A stretch of 64,000 nt of DNA from Candidatus Omnitrophota bacterium (GTDB taxonomy: Bacteria; Omnitrophota; Omnitrophia; Omnitrophales; JACQLI01). The notes under the pieces are model-generated. The model did not search any database and had not been told where the DNA came from. It saw only the letters and a list, made by a program, of their open reading frames with translations. A program made the translations under genes and the position numbers. Within the stretch, counting starts at the first letter, position 1. Every line of letters begins with the position of its first letter. The DNA lies in NCBI GenBank assembly GCA_016179745.1, contig JACPCP010000022.1, positions 3,536-67,535 of the forward strand, read 5' to 3'. This document shows, in pieces, positions 53,493 through 63,181 of the stretch.

Positions 53493-54391
53493 CGGGCCGG
53501 GGGCCTTTTTTTATTTCGAAGCACTCCCAGGTCCGCCAAAACCTTTCTCAGTTTCTCCCGGTTTTCGGCGCCCATCTCACAGAGCGGCAGACGGAGCTCT
53601 GGATGAATCAGCCCCATCATCCCCAGCGCTGTCTTCACAGGAATGGGGTTTGTCTCCACAAAAAGAATTTTTGACAGCGGGTAATGCTTCCGGTGAAGAT
53701 CCCGGCCCTGTTCAAGATCGCCATTCAGCATGGCATGCACCATTTCCCGGACGAGCGACGGGACGACATTGGCCGTCACGGAAATCACGCCCTTGGCGCC
53801 GATCGCCATCATCGGCATCGTGAGCGAATCTTCCCCAGAGAGGACCGTAAGGTCGCAAAGTTCGAGGATTTGGTCGACTTGATCGAGGCTCCCGCTTGCC
53901 TCTTTGATGGCGACGATGGTTTCAATTTTGGAAAGCCGGGCCACGGTTTGAGGCGCAATCGAGACCCCGGTCCGCCCCGGCACGTTGTAAAGAATCATCG
54001 GAATCTCCACCTTGGAGGCGAGGGTGGAGTAATGCCGATAGAGACCCTCCTGGGTGGGACGATTATAGTAAGGGGTAACAACCAAAACGCCGTCGGCCTT
54101 GATTTGTTTCGCATGGCGGATGAGACCGAGGGCCTCTGCCGTGTTATTGGAACCGGTGCCGCAGATCACGGGAACTCTTCGGTCAACAAACTCCACCACA
54201 AACGACATCACCCGGCGATGCTCTTCGTGGGAGAGCGTCGCCGATTCCCCCGTCGTCCCCGTGGGAATAATGGCGTCCGTCCGGGCCTCGAGGTGAAATT
54301 GAAGAAGGCCTTTGAGGGCCTTCCAGTCCACCTTGCCGTTCCGGAAAGGGGTCACCAAAGCCACCATGGAGCCCTGAAATAATGTTTTCAT
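53489..54391 (-). CDS. dapA: 4-hydroxy-tetrahydrodipicolinate synthase
   Basis: About 300 aa from MKTLFQGSMVALVTPF. Contains GTTGESATLSHEEH, YNRPTQEG and AIKEASG. ATGA overlaps on both sides. Confidence 0.9.
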   Translation of the reverse strand: MKTLFQGSMVALVTPFRNGKVDWKALKGLLQFHLEARTDAIIPTGTTGESATLSHEEHRRVMSFVVEFVDRRVPVICGTGSNNTAEALGLIRHAKQIKADGVLVVTPYYNRPTQEGLYRHYSTLASKVEIPMILYNVPGRTGVSIAPQTVARLSKIETIVAIKEASGSLDQVDQILELCDLTVLSGEDSLTMPMMAIGAKGVISVTANVVPSLVREMVHAMLNGDLEQGRDLHRKHYPLSKILFVETNPIPVKTALGMMGLIHPELRLPLCEMGAENREKLRKVLADLGVLRNKKRPPAR

Positions 54392-55257
54392 CGGTTTCTT
54401 CCCGCCCACCTTCCTTCGAAGATGAATGTCGCCTCCCCTTCCAGAAAAATTTCCCGGAGGAGGTCTCCCTTTTTGGCAAAATCGATCGTGAGAATCTCCC
54501 CGCCCGAGGTCTTCACCTCGACCGGCGGGTTGACGTATTCCAAATGCGCACTGACCACGGCAGAGGCGGCTGATCCCGTGCCGCAGGCCAGCGTTTCCTT
54601 CTCCACTCCCCGCTCGTAGGTCCGCACCGAAAGGGACCGGGGCCCCGTCACTTCGACAAAATTGACATTCGTGCCGGCCGGCCGGAACCGGGAATGAAAA
54701 CGCAGTTCTTTTCCCAGATCAAAAACCGGGATCTTTCCGAGCCCCTCCACGAAGACCACCACGTGAGGCACGCCCGTATTGACGAAATAATAATGGATTT
54801 GGCGGTCAAAAACCTTAATCTTTTCCGGTCCTGTCAGACGATTTGGATTCGCCAACCGAACCCGCACCCGCTTCCCCTTGACCTCGGCTTGAATCATTCC
54901 GGAGAGGGACTCAAATTGTTGCCGGTTGGGAAGCCCCAATTTTTCCTTCGCAAACAAGGCCACGCAGCGAAATCCGTTGCCGCAGGCTTCCGCTTCCGAG
55001 CCGTCCGAATTAAAAATCCGGACCCGGAAATCGGCCTTCTTCGAAGAAAAAGGGGACTGTCCCCTTTTTGGGGGGCCGTCCCCTTTTTCCTCCGCTAAGG
55101 GTTCGAGCAAGAGGACCCCGTCAGCCCCCACGCCCCGGTGCCGGTCGCAAACGGCCCGGGTCAGGGCAGGCAAATTTGAAACTTTCCGGGCACGGTTGTC
55201 GATCACCACGAAATCGTTTCCCGATGCCGCCATTTTGTAAAAGGAAATTTCTTTCAT
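54388..55257 (-). CDS. dapF: Diaminopimelate epimerase
   Basis: 289 aa. Contains FYKMAASGNDFVVIDN, IFNSDGSEAEACGNG, NTGVPHVV and LACGTGSAAS (second catalytic Cys). Confidence 0.85.
   Translation of the reverse strand: MKEISFYKMAASGNDFVVIDNRARKVSNLPALTRAVCDRHRGVGADGVLLLEPLAEEKGDGPPKRGQSPFSSKKADFRVRIFNSDGSEAEACGNGFRCVALFAKEKLGLPNRQQFESLSGMIQAEVKGKRVRVRLANPNRLTGPEKIKVFDRQIHYYFVNTGVPHVVVFVEGLGKIPVFDLGKELRFHSRFRPAGTNVNFVEVTGPRSLSVRTYERGVEKETLACGTGSAASAVVSAHLEYVNPPVEVKTSGGEILTIDFAKKGDLLREIFLEGEATFIFEGRWAGRNR
55052..55083. repeat. Palindrome GGGGACTGTCCCC plus degenerate second copy GGGGGGCCGTCCCC, each flanked by A5/T5 runs, inside dapF
   Basis: Read directly: gaagaaaaaGGGGACTGTCCCCtttttGGGGGGCCGTCCCCtttttcc. 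It encodes the DapF segment EEKGDGPPKRGQSPFSSKK. Confidence 0.85.
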
Positions 55258-56555
55258 CGGAGGAAAGGCGGGACCTTCTCCCCCCGGAGGAGATCGCCGT
55301 GAGTCTCCCGTTTCCGGATCACGGCAAATTCGCTGCCCTTGACCAGCACCTCCGCCGGCCGGGGACGGGAATTGTAATTGCTCGCCATTGAAAAGCCGTA
55401 AGCGCCGGCGCTTAAAAAGGCAAGGCCCTCCCCGGCCCGAAGCTCCTGGGTCGAGCGATCCCGGGCCAGGAAATCTCCGCTTTCACAAACAGGGCCCACA
55501 AAGTCGTAAACCCTTTTCTCCCGCCGGGGATCCTTCTCAAGCGGCCAGACCTCGTGGTGTGAATCGTAGAGGGTCGGCCGGATCAAATCATTCATTCCGG
55601 TGTCCAGCACCGCAAAATTTTTCACCGGCGTCTTTTTCAGATAAAGGATTCGGGCGGCCAGGATCCCCGCATTTCCCACAATGAAACGCCCCGGCTCAAA
55701 AATGAGGCGGAATTTTCGATGGTGAAAAAGCGGCAGGATCTCTTGGGCGAACTCCTCGGCGGTCTGCGGTTTTTCATCCGAATAGATGATCCCGAGGCCC
55801 CCGCCCAAATTCAGATACTCGATCTTGCAGCCCTCCTTCTCAAGGCTCGTGACAAAAATCAGGACCTTCCGGAAGGCCTTCAGGAAAGGCTCTCCCGTCA
55901 GGATTTGAGAGCCGATGTGAACGTGGATCCCGCAAATGGAAAGCGCCGGATACCCGGGACTTTGGATGAAAACGGCGTGGGCCGTGTCGAGATCCAGGCC
56001 GAATTTGCTCTCCGGCTTCCCCGTGGCAATGTGCCGGTGGGTCCCGGGATCGACGCCGGGGTTCACCCGGAGCGACACCTTTACTTTTTTCTTCAGGCGG
56101 CCTGCGATCCGGTTGATCTCACCGAGCTCTGCCGTGGACTCGATATTAAAAAGAAGGATCCCGGCCCGGATCGCTTCTTCAATTTCTTCCCCCGTCTTGC
56201 CGACACCGGCATAAACGATTTTCCGGGCCTCACACCCCGCCCGCCGGGCCCGGTAAAGTTCTCCGCCCGAAACGATATCGAGACCCGCCCCTTCTCGAAC
56301 CAGCGTCTTCAAGACCGCCAGGTTGGAATTGGCCTTCATCGAGTAACAAATGAGCGGGCGAAGGGACTGAAAGGCCCTCTTCAGTTTCCGGAAATGCTCG
56401 ACAATCGTCCGATGGCTGTAAATATAGACGGGCGTCCCGACCGCCTGGACAATGTCCCAGACCCGGACCTTCTCGCAGCAAAGGTCCCGGCCCACGTAAT
56501 AAAAATCGTGGAGCCTTACACCCCGCTCAATCTCTTTTTCCAGACCCGCAGACAC
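55254..56555 (-). CDS. lysA: Diaminopimelate decarboxylase
   Basis: Contains GTPVYIYS, YSMKANSNLAVL (PLP Lys), HVHIGSQ, LNLGGGLG, CESGD and the C-terminal SAGAYG. Start uncertain. GTG at 56555 is chosen, overlapping the argH 3' end. Confidence 0.8.
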   Translation of the reverse strand: MSAGLEKEIERGVRLHDFYYVGRDLCCEKVRVWDIVQAVGTPVYIYSHRTIVEHFRKLKRAFQSLRPLICYSMKANSNLAVLKTLVREGAGLDIVSGGELYRARRAGCEARKIVYAGVGKTGEEIEEAIRAGILLFNIESTAELGEINRIAGRLKKKVKVSLRVNPGVDPGTHRHIATGKPESKFGLDLDTAHAVFIQSPGYPALSICGIHVHIGSQILTGEPFLKAFRKVLIFVTSLEKEGCKIEYLNLGGGLGIIYSDEKPQTAEEFAQEILPLFHHRKFRLIFEPGRFIVGNAGILAARILYLKKTPVKNFAVLDTGMNDLIRPTLYDSHHEVWPLEKDPRREKRVYDFVGPVCESGDFLARDRSTQELRAGEGLAFLSAGAYGFSMASNYNSRPRPAEVLVKGSEFAVIRKRETHGDLLRGEKVPPFLR

Positions 56556-57916
56556 TTTTTGACCTCCCTCGGATGGGTGCTCCCGGGCGTTTTTTTCCGG
56601 CTCACGGAGCTCCAGGGGTCCAAAAGCTGATAGACCCCGGAATCCACGCCGGGCAAAAACTTGCGAAACTCCGAAAGTGAAAGCTCCCCCAAATTTTTCT
56701 CCCGGTCCGCTGCGTAGCGGACCAGACGTCCCACCCGCTCGTGAGCCGCCTGAAAAGAAATCCCTTTTTTGACCCAATGCTCCAGGAGGTCTGTGGCATA
56801 AAGAAAATCATCCTGGGCGGTCCAATTCCGGACCTTCTCAGAAATCCGGCACCGGTCGATCGTGACCGCCAGTGCCTCCAATGCCAGCGATGTCTTGTGG
56901 ATCGCACTGAAAAGCGCCGGTTTGTCCTCCTGCAAATCCCGGTTGTAGGCAAAGGGCAGACCCTTCAAGAGCGTAAGCGAAGACAGAAGGTTCCCGAAAA
57001 TCACCCCCGCCCGGCCCCGGATAAGTTCAAACACGTCCGGATTTTTCTTCTGGGGCATGAGGCTCGAACCCGTCGCCACGGAATCATCAAGCCTCACATA
57101 GTCAAAGGCTTCGGAGTTCCAAAGGATAAAATCCTCGGCGAGGCGTGACAGGTGCACCCACAGGATGGAAAGACCGGCCAGGGTCTCCAAAACAAAATCC
57201 CGGTCGCTCACGGCATCCATGCTGTTTTCGGCCACGCCCTTGAATCCGAGCTGGCGGGCCACAAATTTTGGATCGAGGGCAAGACTGGAGCCGGCCAAGG
57301 CTCCTGCCCCGAGCGGCAATTTGTCCATCCGCCCCAATGCATCACGAAGACGGGAGCGGTCCCGGTCCAGCATCCCCACGTAGGCGAGCAGATGATGGGA
57401 CAGGAGGACCGGCTGGGCCCGCCTCAAATGCGTCAGGCCCGGAATCACCACGTCGAAAGCCTTCTCCGCTAAGTTCACAATCGCCTTCTCGAACTTGGCA
57501 ATTTTTTGGTCCAAGACCGGAAGAGTTCTTTTCAAATAAACCAGCGTGGAGGTCACGACCAGATCGTTCCGTGAACGGCCCGTGTGAATCTTCTTCGCCA
57601 GGTCTCCGACCCGCTTGGCAAGCTCCGACTGGATAAACGTGTGAATGTCCTCCGTATTTTTCCGGTAATGGGCCAAGGGGTCCTCGTGAGGGTCTTTCAC
57701 TTCAAATTTTTTTCCGATTTGGGCAAGGGCCGACACCAGCCTCCGGCCCTCGGCGGCCGAAATCAGACGCACCCGGGCCAGCATCCGGGCATGGGCCTGG
57801 CTCACGGCAATCTCCGCCTGTAAAAGCTCCCCGTCCACAGCGAGGGAGTAACTAAAACACTTCACCACGGGATCGAGATCCTTTTTGAAACGTCCTCCCC
57901 AAAGTTTTCCGGCCAT
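56516..57916 (-). CDS. argH: Argininosuccinate lyase
   Basis: 466 aa. Contains MAGKLWGGRF, HTGRSRNDLV, GLTHLRRAQP and GSSLMPQKKNPD. Confidence 0.9.
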   Translation of the reverse strand: MAGKLWGGRFKKDLDPVVKCFSYSLAVDGELLQAEIAVSQAHARMLARVRLISAAEGRRLVSALAQIGKKFEVKDPHEDPLAHYRKNTEDIHTFIQSELAKRVGDLAKKIHTGRSRNDLVVTSTLVYLKRTLPVLDQKIAKFEKAIVNLAEKAFDVVIPGLTHLRRAQPVLLSHHLLAYVGMLDRDRSRLRDALGRMDKLPLGAGALAGSSLALDPKFVARQLGFKGVAENSMDAVSDRDFVLETLAGLSILWVHLSRLAEDFILWNSEAFDYVRLDDSVATGSSLMPQKKNPDVFELIRGRAGVIFGNLLSSLTLLKGLPFAYNRDLQEDKPALFSAIHKTSLALEALAVTIDRCRISEKVRNWTAQDDFLYATDLLEHWVKKGISFQAAHERVGRLVRYAADREKNLGELSLSEFRKFLPGVDSGVYQLLDPWSSVSRKKTPGSTHPREVKKCLRVWKKRLSGV

Positions 57917-57917
57917 T

Positions 57918-59102
57918 TTAATTTCCTTTCGTCCCTTCGTAGGGAAGGCCCCAGATTTTCATAAATCCCTCCGCCGCACGCCGGTCAAAGGCGTCCTTCT
58001 CGGAGTAAGTCGCAAGACGCTCGGAATAAACCGAGTAAGGCGAAGAGCGGCCGACGCAGACGGCCTCGCCCCGGCTCAATTTGATCCGGACTTTTCCTGT
58101 CACCCGTTTTTGGTTCGACTGAAAGAATTGGTCGAGCGCCTGTTTCAGGGGCGTGAACCAAAGCCCATAGTAAACCAGCTCCGAATATTTCTCGGAAAGG
58201 AGCCGCTTGTAATGCAGAAACTCCCGGTCCATCACCATTCCCTCCAGCTCCTCGTGGGCCGACAAAAGCACCGTGGCCGCCGGCGCTTCATAAATCTCCC
58301 GGCTTTTGATTCCCACCAAGCGGTTTTCAATCTGGTCCAATCGGCCCACGCCGTAAGCGCCGGCGAGTTGGGTGACCTTTTGAATCAATTCGACCCAGGG
58401 CATCCTCCGCCCATTCAAACCGACCGGGATCCCCGATTCAAATTCGATGACCAAATACTTGGGCGCCCGGGGCGCTTTTTCTGGAGAACGGGTGATGCGA
58501 TACGCCGCTTCCGGCGGCTCCTGCCAAGGGTCCTCCAGAATCCCCGCCTCGATTGCCACGCCCCAGATGTTTTGATCAATGGAATAGGGGCTCTTTTTGG
58601 TCGCCTCGACCGGGATTCCGTTTTCCCGGGCATAGTCCACTTCCTCTTCCCGGGATTTGAAGTCCCATTCCCGGAGGGGCGCCACGATCTTTAAACGGGG
58701 GTCGAGCGTGCGGACCCCGACTTCAATCCGAACTTGGTCGTTTCCCTTTCCACTACAGCCGTGGGCCACGGCCTCCGCCCCTTCCTTCCGGGCGATCCGC
58801 ACCAAATGCCTGGCAATCAGGGGCCGCCCCAAAGCCGTGGCCAGCGGATACTTGCCTTCGTAGCGGGCGTGGGCCCAGAGGGCCGGAAGAATAAAATCAC
58901 GGGCAAATTCCTTTTTCAGGTCTTCAATATAGATCCGCTTGGCCCCCGCCCGAAAGGCACGTTTCCTCAAAACGGACGGATTTTTCACCTCGCCCAAAAA
59001 TGCGGAAAAACAAATCACCTCCGCCCCGTAACGCTCCTGGAGCCATTTCACGGCGCAGGAGGTATCAAGCCCCCCCGAATAGGCCAGCACAATTTTTTTC
59101 AT
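57918..59102 (-). CDS. argG: Argininosuccinate synthase
   Basis: 394 aa. Contains KIVLAYSGGLDTS, HGCSGKGNDQVR and YSIDQNIWG. Confidence 0.9.
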   Translation of the reverse strand: MKKIVLAYSGGLDTSCAVKWLQERYGAEVICFSAFLGEVKNPSVLRKRAFRAGAKRIYIEDLKKEFARDFILPALWAHARYEGKYPLATALGRPLIARHLVRIARKEGAEAVAHGCSGKGNDQVRIEVGVRTLDPRLKIVAPLREWDFKSREEEVDYARENGIPVEATKKSPYSIDQNIWGVAIEAGILEDPWQEPPEAAYRITRSPEKAPRAPKYLVIEFESGIPVGLNGRRMPWVELIQKVTQLAGAYGVGRLDQIENRLVGIKSREIYEAPAATVLLSAHEELEGMVMDREFLHYKRLLSEKYSELVYYGLWFTPLKQALDQFFQSNQKRVTGKVRIKLSRGEAVCVGRSSPYSVYSERLATYSEKDAFDRRAAEGFMKIWGLPYEGTKGN

Positions 59103-60034
59103 TCGCTCTCCTCACTGGAATTTTGTCCGCAAAGCTGAATCAAAACGGCCTTCTGCACATGCAAACGGTTTTCTGCCTGATCGAAGACGATCGAAGACTT
59201 TCCCTCAAGGACTTCTTCGGTAATCTCCTCGCCCCGGTGCGCCGGAAGGCAGTGCAGCGCCTTCACCGACCGGGAGGCCCGGCCCAGCAATTCCGAATTG
59301 ACCTGAAAACCCTTGAAGCTTTTTATTTTAGTCTTCCTCTTTTTTTCCTCTCCCATACTGACCCAGACATCGGTGTAGACAAAGTCAGCGCCTTTCACGG
59401 CCTCCCTTGGATCGGTCAAGGCTTCAATCGAAGCACCGCTCTTCCCGGCAATTTCACGGGCCTTTTTCACCAGACCGGCATGCGGCTCGAAGCGGCCCGG
59501 GGTGGCGTAGCGGATCCGGCCGCCGAGCTTCGCCGTCAAGAGGATCAGGGAATTCAAAACGTTGTTGCCGTCGCCCACAAAGGCCAGCACCGGTTTTTGC
59601 GGTCCCTTGAAATGCTCCCGGATCGTCAAAAAATCAGCCAGCGCCTGACAGGGATGCTCGAAATCACTCAGGCCGTTGATGACGGGCTTGTGAAAATAGC
59701 GCTCAAAAGTCGTGATCGTCCCGTGCGAAAAAGTGCGGAGCACGACCCCGTCCAGATACCGCTCCAGGACCCGTGCAACGTCCTTCACCTCTTCCCGGAC
59801 GCCCAACTGAAAATCGCCGGGGCCCATAAAGATCGTCCCGCCCCCCATGGACTGGATCCCGACTTCGAAGGAGACGAGGGTCCGGGTCGAGGGTTTCTCA
59901 AAAATCAGCCCGAAAACCTTTCCCTGAAGTTTTTCCCGGTAGGCCCCCGGATTTTTCTTGATCCGGGCCGCAAGCGAGAGAATTTCTCCAATTTCCCCGG
60001 CCGTCAAATCATCCACGGAAATTAAGTGTTTCAT
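59099..60034 (-). CDS. argF: Ornithine carbamoyltransferase
   Basis: 311 aa from MKHLISVDDLT. Contains EKPSTRTLVSFE, HPCQALAD and LHCLPAHRGEEI. ATGA overlaps on both sides. Confidence 0.85.
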   Translation of the reverse strand: MKHLISVDDLTAGEIGEILSLAARIKKNPGAYREKLQGKVFGLIFEKPSTRTLVSFEVGIQSMGGGTIFMGPGDFQLGVREEVKDVARVLERYLDGVVLRTFSHGTITTFERYFHKPVINGLSDFEHPCQALADFLTIREHFKGPQKPVLAFVGDGNNVLNSLILLTAKLGGRIRYATPGRFEPHAGLVKKAREIAGKSGASIEALTDPREAVKGADFVYTDVWVSMGEEKKRKTKIKSFKGFQVNSELLGRASRSVKALHCLPAHRGEEITEEVLEGKSSIVFDQAENRLHVQKAVLIQLCGQNSSEESE

Positions 60035-61218
60035 CCCAGTTCCTCGAAAACTTTCCCGAGGGTCCAAAGCCCCCGGTCGAGCCACTTTTTTGAAATCGTG
60101 ATCGCCGGCATGATCCGAAGCACCTTCTCCTGAGTGCAATTCAGGAGAAGGCCTTTTTCCCGGGCCCGATCGACATAAGGAGTCCCGGGCCGATCCAGCT
60201 CCACACCCAGCATCAAACCCATTCCCCGGACTTCCCGGATACTGGAAAATTTTGCCTTCAATTCCAAAAGCCTCTCCTTTAAATAGGCGCCCAGGCGCTC
60301 GGCATTTTGAAGAAGCCCCTCCTTGCGAATGGTTTTAAACACCGCCAGGGCCGCCGCACAAACCAGGGGGTTTCCTCCGTAGGTCGAAGCGTGCGTTCCG
60401 GGGGTCAAAACCTCCTTCTTGATTTTCCGATTCACCACCAGGGCGCCGATCGGAACGCCGTTTCCAAGCGATTTTGCCAGGGTCACGAGGTCGGGCTCCA
60501 GGCCGTAATGCTGGTAGGCAAAAATCTTTCCCGTCCGTCCCATTCCGGTCTGGACCTCATCTAAAATTAAAAGAAGGTCTTTCTCGTCACAAAGAGAGCG
60601 CAGGCCCTGCAAAAATTCCCGGCTCGCCACGTGGATCCCGCCCTCTCCTTGAATGGGCTCTACCATCACGGCAATCGTCTTCTCCCTGACCTCCCGCTTG
60701 ACGGAATCCAGGTCATTGAACTCGCCGTAACGAATCCCGGGAAGGAGCGGATCAAAACCCTGATGCGTTTTCTCCTGGCCCGTGGCCGTCATGGCGGCAT
60801 AAGTCCTTCCGTGGAAGGAACGCTTCACGGTGATGATTTCAAACCGCCCCGTCTCCTGGCCGTAGCGGCGGGCAAATTTGAGGGCCGCCTCCACCGCCTC
60901 AGCGCCGCTATTCGAAAAAAAACACCGGGCCGGAAATCCCCACTTTGAAATCTCCCGGCCGAGCTCGGCCTGTTTCAGATTCAGGTAATTATTTGAAATG
61001 TGAACGATCTTCCGAAGCTGGTGCTTTACGGCATAACCCACGGCCGGATGACAATGGCCCAGGCCCGAGACCCCCCACCCCGGAAAAAAATCCACATATT
61101 CCCGGTTCTCCAAATCCCAAACCCGGGAGCCCTTGCCCTTCACGAGGCAGACCGGCACCCGGGTCACCGTGGGAAGAATAAATTCGGTGTAGAGCGCTTC
61201 AAGTTCCCGGGTGTTCAC
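60031..61218 (-). CDS. argD: Acetylornithine aminotransferase
   Basis: 395 aa with a GTG start. Contains FFSNSGAEAVEAALKFAR, LILDEVQTGMGRTGKIFA, DLVTLAKSLGNG and THASTYGGNP. Confidence 0.85.
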   Translation of the reverse strand: MNTRELEALYTEFILPTVTRVPVCLVKGKGSRVWDLENREYVDFFPGWGVSGLGHCHPAVGYAVKHQLRKIVHISNNYLNLKQAELGREISKWGFPARCFFSNSGAEAVEAALKFARRYGQETGRFEIITVKRSFHGRTYAAMTATGQEKTHQGFDPLLPGIRYGEFNDLDSVKREVREKTIAVMVEPIQGEGGIHVASREFLQGLRSLCDEKDLLLILDEVQTGMGRTGKIFAYQHYGLEPDLVTLAKSLGNGVPIGALVVNRKIKKEVLTPGTHASTYGGNPLVCAAALAVFKTIRKEGLLQNAERLGAYLKERLLELKAKFSSIREVRGMGLMLGVELDRPGTPYVDRAREKGLLLNCTQEKVLRIMPAITISKKWLDRGLWTLGKVFEELG

Positions 61219-62069
61219 TGGACAATCTCCGTTCCGATCCCCTGATCGGTAAAAATTTCCAAAAGCAGCGAATGCTTGATCCGGCCGTCAATGATGTGGG
61301 CTTTCTTAATGCCCCCTTCGAGGGCCGTCGTGCAGGCCGTCACCTTCGGGATCATCCCGTCGGTGATGACCTTTTTCTTGATGAGTTCCTCGACATCGCC
61401 CACGTGAAGCGAAGAAACCAGGCTTTTTTCGTCGACCGGGTCCCGAAGGATCCCCTGGACGTTGGTCAGGATGATCAATTTCTGCACTTCCATCGCCGCC
61501 GCAATCTTGGCGGCCGCCTCGTCCGCATTCACATTGTAAGTTTCGCCCGCCTTGTCGATCCCGACCGGGTAAATCACCGGGATCACGTTAAACTCCGTCA
61601 ACTCCCGGATGGGGAGCGTGTTGACCGAAACCACCTCCCCCACGTAACCCACATCGCCATTGGCCCGGTGTTTGACCACATTCAGGATTTCCGCATTGTG
61701 GCCCGAGAGGCCGACCGCCTGCGCCCCAAAGAGATTGATGTCGTGGACAATCTCCTTGTTGATTTCAGCCAGGGTCTCCTCCACCACCTTCATGGTCTTC
61801 TGGTCCGTCACCCGAAGCCCATTGACGAATTGCGACTGGATTCCTTTCTTTTTCAAATTTTCCGTGATCGCCGTGCCGCCCCCGTGGATCAAAATCGGAC
61901 GGATCCCGACAAAATTCATGAAGACGAGGTCGTGGAGCACGTTCTCCCGCACCTCTTCATAACTCATGGCGGCACCGCCATACTTGATGAGGATTTCCTT
62001 GCCCCGGAATTTCCGGATGTAAGGAAGCGCCTCAATGAGAATACTCGCCTTTTCGACTAGTTTTTCCAT
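61215..62069 (-). CDS. argB: Acetylglutamate kinase
   Basis: 284 aa. Contains ALPYIRKFRGKEILIKYGGAAM, ILIHGGG, VNADEAAAKIA and GMIPKV. Confidence 0.9.
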   Translation of the reverse strand: MEKLVEKASILIEALPYIRKFRGKEILIKYGGAAMSYEEVRENVLHDLVFMNFVGIRPILIHGGGTAITENLKKKGIQSQFVNGLRVTDQKTMKVVEETLAEINKEIVHDINLFGAQAVGLSGHNAEILNVVKHRANGDVGYVGEVVSVNTLPIRELTEFNVIPVIYPVGIDKAGETYNVNADEAAAKIAAAMEVQKLIILTNVQGILRDPVDEKSLVSSLHVGDVEELIKKKVITDGMIPKVTACTTALEGGIKKAHIIDGRIKHSLLLEIFTDQGIGTEIVQ

Positions 62070-62078
62070 GGGATAAGA

Positions 62079-63181
62079 TCAGGACGAATAGGAAGCGTTG
62101 ATGGCGACGTATTTCTGCGTCAGGTCCGAGGTGATAAATTCCGCCCGGGCATGTCCTTTTCCGAGCCCGATCGAAAGATCGAACTGTCTTTTTGCCAGCA
62201 CCCGGCGGGCCTTGGGAAGATGAGTGACCCGGAGTTTCCCGTGTGAGAGGACCGGCACGTCGAAGTCCCAATCTGACGGGCCACCCGCTCGGCCTCGGTC
62301 GGGCGCTTGGCGCCTGAAATGTGGAGCGTGCAAACTTTGGTGACTCCCTCCCCGTCCCGCACCAGTCCTTTGGCCACGTGGCGGCAAATTTCCTCCAGGG
62401 CATCCCGGAAATGCCGATACCGGCGGTCCACTTTTGTAATCGTGGGATTTCCTGCTTCCCCATTGGCCAGGATAAAAACCGTGTCGTTGGTGCTTTGGTC
62501 GTTGTCAATGGCGATCCGGTTGAAGGTCTCGTCCACCGCACGACGAAGGGCTCGGCGAAGCAGGCGCTTGGTGATTCGAACGTCGGTCGTGATAAAACAA
62601 AGCATCGTCGCCATCTGGGGATGGACCATCCCGGCCCCCTTGGCGATGGCCCCGATTGTAACACGTTTCGTGCCCAAATAGAACGAGAGGCCCACCTCCT
62701 TGGTTCGAAGGTCCGTAGTCAGAATCCCCTGGGCCGCCTGACGCCCCCCGTCCCGGGAAAGGCGCTTCACGAGTTTCGGGAGGGCCCGCTTGAACCGATT
62801 GATGGGGAAGGGAATCCCGATCAATCCCGTCTGGGCAATCAGAATTTCCTCCGGCGCAATCTTTAGAATTTTTGCCAGCGTCTCGACGGACTCCTGAACG
62901 GCCGCCCGTCCGCCGGGGCCGTTGAAACAATTGGCGTTTCCGCTGGAAGCGAGGATCGCCCGGTGTTTGGCATTCCCGATGGATTTCATCGAATGAATCA
63001 CGGGCCACGCCTTTGCCCGGTTCTTCGTGAAAGTCCCGGCGGCCACGGCCGGCACCCGGGAGAAAGTCAAAGACGAATCGTATTTCTTTTTCTGTTTGAT
63101 CCCCGAACGGATCCCGGCGGCCAAAAACCCGAGCGGGGTCGTGATGGTGCCGCCCCGCCTCTTTTCAAAGACGGGCTTCAT
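62079..63181 (-). pseudogene. argJ: Bifunctional glutamate N-acetyltransferase/amino-acid acetyltransferase ArgJ, disrupted (internal gap plus frameshift)
   Basis: The main frame runs from MKPVFEKRRGG through the autoprocessing region (GMVHPQMATMLCFITTD) to AERVARQI. The genuine C-terminus (FDVPVL ... FITSDLTQKYVAINASYSS) is in another frame. The LVKTA...NWGR block expected between them is absent. Confidence 0.7.
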
